37,022 nucleotides of DNA from Chlorokybus atmophyticus (lineage: Eukaryota; Plantae; Mesostigma and Chlorokybus algae). The notes under the pieces were generated by a model. It saw nothing but the letters and a program-made list of their open reading frames with translations, searched no databases and had not been told where the DNA came from. Within the stretch, counting starts at the first letter, position 1. Each line of letters begins with the position of its first letter. The stretch is from NCBI GenBank assembly GCA_009103225.1, contig RHPI01001817.1:1-37022 (forward strand), given 5' to 3'. The position numbers and the translations under genes are program-made. Positions 33,101-37,022 of the stretch are shown here, one piece after another.

Positions 33101-35697
33101 TCCATGTGTGCGAGGACACTCTCCCCCTCCTCCACATGGTCATAGTACATGTCGGTGCTGTCACCAAGCCATCCCTTGACTGAACGGCGACTCAAGCACG
33201 CCCACACAGCAGATGCAGAGGTTGGAGACCTCTCAAGACCCCCTTGTGTGATGCTCAACGGAAAATAGGCCTTCTCCCCTCCACCCACACGCCAACGCGG
33301 CCGAAAGAACCCTTGTTCGATCCAATTGTCAACGCCGCCGCCGACGGGGAACAAGAAGTCTTGTCCGAGCAGCACATCGTACCCCTTTGCATCCGTGATG
33401 AGGCATCGAACCTTGAAGGACGTGGTAGCACCTCCCACCGCAGTCAAGCATATGTCCACCGGCTGCACCGTTATGCCGCACACGGCCTCTACGGTCCCCG
33501 CCGAGGTATTGATCATGACCGGGCATGGCTCCCACTCCTTGGGGCTGAGTCCCATCCCCTTGACAGCTCTAGCACCCAAAATGACAGGTTGTGCACCTGT
33601 ATCCACCAAGACAACATCTGGCACGAAGCCGTCTAGGCTGATGTGCCCCCCACGGTTGTCCACCATCGCCACATTCGGCGATATCTTCTCTCTCAAGGCC
33701 GGCCGAGTGGCGGGAAGCATTGCCAACATCCCTCCTACACTCCCCACACCTTCCTCCAGCTTGTCTTCAAGCTGAGTGAGAGAACTCGACGCCGACGCGG
33801 ACCCCTCGGGCGCCGCCAGCTCCGCGCGCGCAACCATACGGCCTGCTTGCGCCACCATATCTTCATGAGACTTGCTCATATGGTCATGAGACTTTGTCGA
33901 GGCAGTCCTAGTGGTGTCTAGAGCACTTTGCAACAGCTCCATCACGTGTTCCTTGCTGACTCCAAGGTCCTTCAAGCAAACAAGCGGCTGCCCGACCAGC
34001 TCCGCCGCAACGCTCTCCAACGGCGCCGTCAACTCCAAGTTTTCTTCATTGGCTTGAGTTGCGGGCTGTTGGGAAAGCATCTTGGCACCCTCGAGAAGCT
34101 TTACACACATCTGTAGCAGCTCCCCCACTCTCTTGTGCTCACCACCGCCACCGACGCCGACATCATGTCGCGCCGTTGCCGTAGCAGTCGGCTGCACTTT
34201 CGCACCCTCCGAGCGCGAACTCTCTTGCTCCAACGGGGTTGTTGGCAGCAACTTAAATGACATAGGCATGCGTGCAGCTGGTGCCCGCATCCTATCATGA
34301 TCCACACCCTCCTCGCGGACGGGCGCGGCCTCCTCCTCAACCATCCTAGTCGGGGGAGCTGGTGCAGCGTTTCGGCGTGCCGACGCTCTCGTCGTCGCAA
34401 CCGCTGCCACCTTAGTGCCTCCGGAGAGCGCACTATACGCGAGGTAACCTCCGGAGCTGCTTGGCTTATCCTCCGCTCCTCTCTCGGGCCATTTCCCTCG
34501 CTCGAGCATGCTCTTCAACGATGCATACTCCGATTGCATTGCCGCCAATGCCTTTGTCACCTCCGACATTGATGGCTCCGCTCTCACACTCGAGTGAGCT
34601 CCGACTGCCGCTCCTTGTTGTGGACGCAGCTCTGGATGCTTACTCCAACACTTGGCATCAACATGCCCACCCTTCTTGCAATGAGAGCACACCACCTTCT
34701 TGCCTTTCCCACAATCCCTTGCAATATGGCCTTGCTCTCCACACGACCAGCATTTGGCACCCGACACACCTTCCACAACCGCGTTGTTGGCATGCTTGAA
34801 CTCCTTTGGCTTCCCACCAGCTGCCTTGCTTGCCGCCGATGTTGCCGCGGGCTTGGAAGAGCTCTTCTCCTCCGAAATCTCAAGCAACTTCAACCCCCGA
34901 CGCTGTCGGTCAATGTTCTTGAGGTACTCATGCTGAATTTCTGCCGTCTCGGCCACCTTGAAGACATCCGCAAGCGTGTATGTGCCAAACTCGGACTGAG
35001 TGGTCAACATGGTCTCCACCTTCAGCCTCAAGTCCGCCTCTAGTTGTTGAAGGTACACAACCGCCGCGGTCTGATCCGTCATCACCTTGTAGTCCGTGTC
35101 CGTCAAGAGCTTGAGCATGCGCGTATACATCATCCTCGCCGTCTCCCCGGCGTTGCGCTTGAAGAAACTCAGCTCACGAACCTTGGCGGGTGTTGATTGT
35201 GGGTAGGTCTTCCTCAAGAGCGCCTTGAACTCAGTCACGGGCTGCTCCTTCTTCCACTCCGCTTCAAACGCAGCCGGTGCGCCGAGCCGCAACGCCCTCT
35301 CCCTCACCTCCAGCTGCTCCTTGAACTCTCTCCACGTGCCAAGGGCTTCATCCTTGAGGTATAGAGGCAACATCTTGAAGGCTTTGTGCTCGTCCCACCC
35401 CGACTTGTCCCGATACTCCCACTTGACCATCTCGGAGTCGAAGCGGTCGATGAAGTCGCGTAGGTCCGCCGTGCCGGGCCTCCCACTGAATCTCGGTGTG
35501 CTATCCATGGTTGAAGCTGAATCAGGCATCTCTCCACCCTCGTCCTCGATGTCGGACTCCTCGTCACTCGACAACTCCACCTCTTCGGCGACGCCCTCCA
35601 CCACCGGAGTGATCGTCCCTCTCGGCGCTCTTCTCTTCAAAGCCGCCTTCGTGGGTCTCTCGTGCCAGTCCTCACCAGATCTCAAAGGTATGAGCAC
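30190..35697 (-). CDS. gag-pol: Ty3/Gypsy element 2 Gag-Pol polyprotein: gag (2 CCHC), protease, DNMT, RT, RNase H; one in-frame TAG at 31267-31269; integrase missing
   Basis: ORFs 31267-35697 (1476 aa) and 30190-31209 are in the same frame, joined by DLR*GFNQIAIKPEDPGKTAFWG. Motifs: CWSCGEQGHIARDC, CSHCKKGGHVDAKC, DTGAQ, RRMCGDY, YIDD, TDWS, TDH. The true start codon is uncertain (GTG at 35697 or ATG at 35529). Confidence 0.95.
31950..32880 (-). CDS. C5 cytosine DNA methyltransferase domain (DNMT3-like) within the element 2 polyprotein, uninterrupted
   Basis: Motif I ELFGGIASG (32833-32859), II YIYVD, IV AGWECQGHS (~32587-32601), VI ENV (32455-32463), VIII HRLRVKWTNL, IX EPTAGERERAMGF, X RRVLLGQAMD. 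Confidence 0.92.
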
Positions 35698-37022
35698 GCC
35701 TGCAACTCGCTTCTACCTCGAGCAAACTCAGCTGATGGGTTGGATGCAAGTGAAAGATGCGTGTCCCCTTGCAAAAGGTAGGCAAGTAGACCACAACTTG
35801 ACTTGCAATCAGCCGTTCACTTGTGTAAAGCAGTCCCAACTCAATCCTCACTCAAAGTACATGCTAAGGCAGCCCATACGGTGCATCAAAGTCGCAACAG
35901 TGACACACACCCCTTCATGCACAGCAACGCACAGCAACGAACACGTGCACACACGCCATACATGCAAGCATGTGCACACGCATCCGCTCAGCCAAGAACC
36001 TCTTCCCAAAGGTGTTGCTTGCACTCCAGTAGGCCAACTTGCATCCAACCAAACTAGGAAACAAGCTAGCAAAGCCTTATATACCACCCGTTGAGCTCAA
36101 GCCCAACAAACTCTCCAACTACCCTAACTGTCAATCTGCACCAGCATAGTAACAGTCATGGTGGCGTTGATAAGTAACGGTAAACAGTTACAAAAGGCTT
36201 ATCCAAGCTCATCCTCTTCAAGTACACTTTAAGACGCATCTTTTGACGCCAACCCATGGCCAAACCGCCACTCCAACTGTAAGTTATGGCTTCTCAAAGT
36301 CACAACTCCGAAACAGCTGTGCGAGATACCATAGTGACCCAAATATGCTGTCAGCTCCGTATCTGACTGTAGATACGCCTCGAACACACCTCCCTCACGT
36401 CCATGAGGACCCAAACATGAGTTCCCAATGAAAACCCAACACATAAACCCTGTAAAATGGCTATGAGAGCCAAAATCCCAAGGTCCATCCATGTCGCCAG
36501 CCCCGAGGGCATCATGCACATGACACTACATGCTCGCGCATGACAATGCCCAGAGCCAGCCAATTGCATAGAGTAGAGTGATAATAAACAAATTCGGGAG
36601 TATCCGACTGTTGGTGGGCACTCGAAAGATTATTTTTTTGTCTTTCGTAAAAGAAATTTTGTGATAATAGAGGAGAGCCATTACCTAACATTAACTATTT
36701 CTCTGATCCGCTAACCTTCACTCTATTTAGATATCCGGCTCTTGTTAGAGGTATCGATAATTATTCTCAATTAGCCGATGACCACCGAGCTGTTATGTCT
36801 AGGATCTCTTATATTCTACCCTATTCCTTAGCGAAAAGGTTCTTTTCTAAATTTAGAGTTTACTCTAAAACGATTCTCTTTCAAAAAGCTGGTAAAATAA
36901 TCGTTAGGTAATCTACAGATTACAATTAGATTTATTTATTAGATTTATTTAATGCATGCATGCAGAAATCACTGTTTTCCAAAAAGGTTGGAGCTTTTAA
37001 CGAGCAATTCATGAAATGGGGA

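Noticed and set aside
30190-35697. Alternative genetic code (TAA/TAG = Gln, as in some ulvophytes) making element 2 fully intact
   Set aside because: Only one TAR codon occurs in about 1800 codons with many Gln residues; under that code TAR would be frequent.
35700-36590. 5' LTR and PBS of element 2 (TATA-like GGTATATAAGG near 36075 on the minus strand) and ORF 36229-36519
   Set aside because: There is no second LTR to compare, no convincing tRNA complement, and no recognisable domain, so boundaries cannot be supported.
36590-37022. AT-rich terminal block as another copy of the ACCGGT-flanked DNA transposon
   Set aside because: It has a similar composition and a few GATCC motifs, but no AGAAATG terminus or alignable stretch, and it runs off the window.

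Overview
Left end of a eukaryotic chromosome, probably a green alga or early-diverging streptophyte. This is inferred from the human-type (CCCTAA)n telomere at 1-99 plus a primer-binding site matching plant-type initiator tRNA. I found no intact host gene, rRNA, tRNA or CRISPR array; the window is a stack of nested mobile elements. From left to right: a decayed hAT transposase; a truncated Copia with its 3' LTR; about 4 kb of unassigned CA/GT-rich subtelomeric DNA; and an L1-type LINE interrupted by a 1.47 kb non-autonomous DNA transposon. Next is a Copia element split by two LTR insertions and an apparent inversion, which can be rebuilt from the target-site duplications. The right half holds two convergent, diverged Ty3/Gypsy elements with a decayed tyrosine recombinase between them. 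The most notable system is that both Gypsy polyproteins carry a DNMT3-like C5 cytosine methyltransferase between protease and reverse transcriptase, with an unusual GWECQ catalytic loop. One element also ends in a PHD finger, giving a chromatin writer plus reader in one retroelement. The second copy is open for about 1800 codons except for one TAG. DNMT-bearing retrotransposons have been reported before (charophytes, dinoflagellates), so the class is not new, but this variant may be. All domain calls are by-eye motif recognition; no database searches were run.
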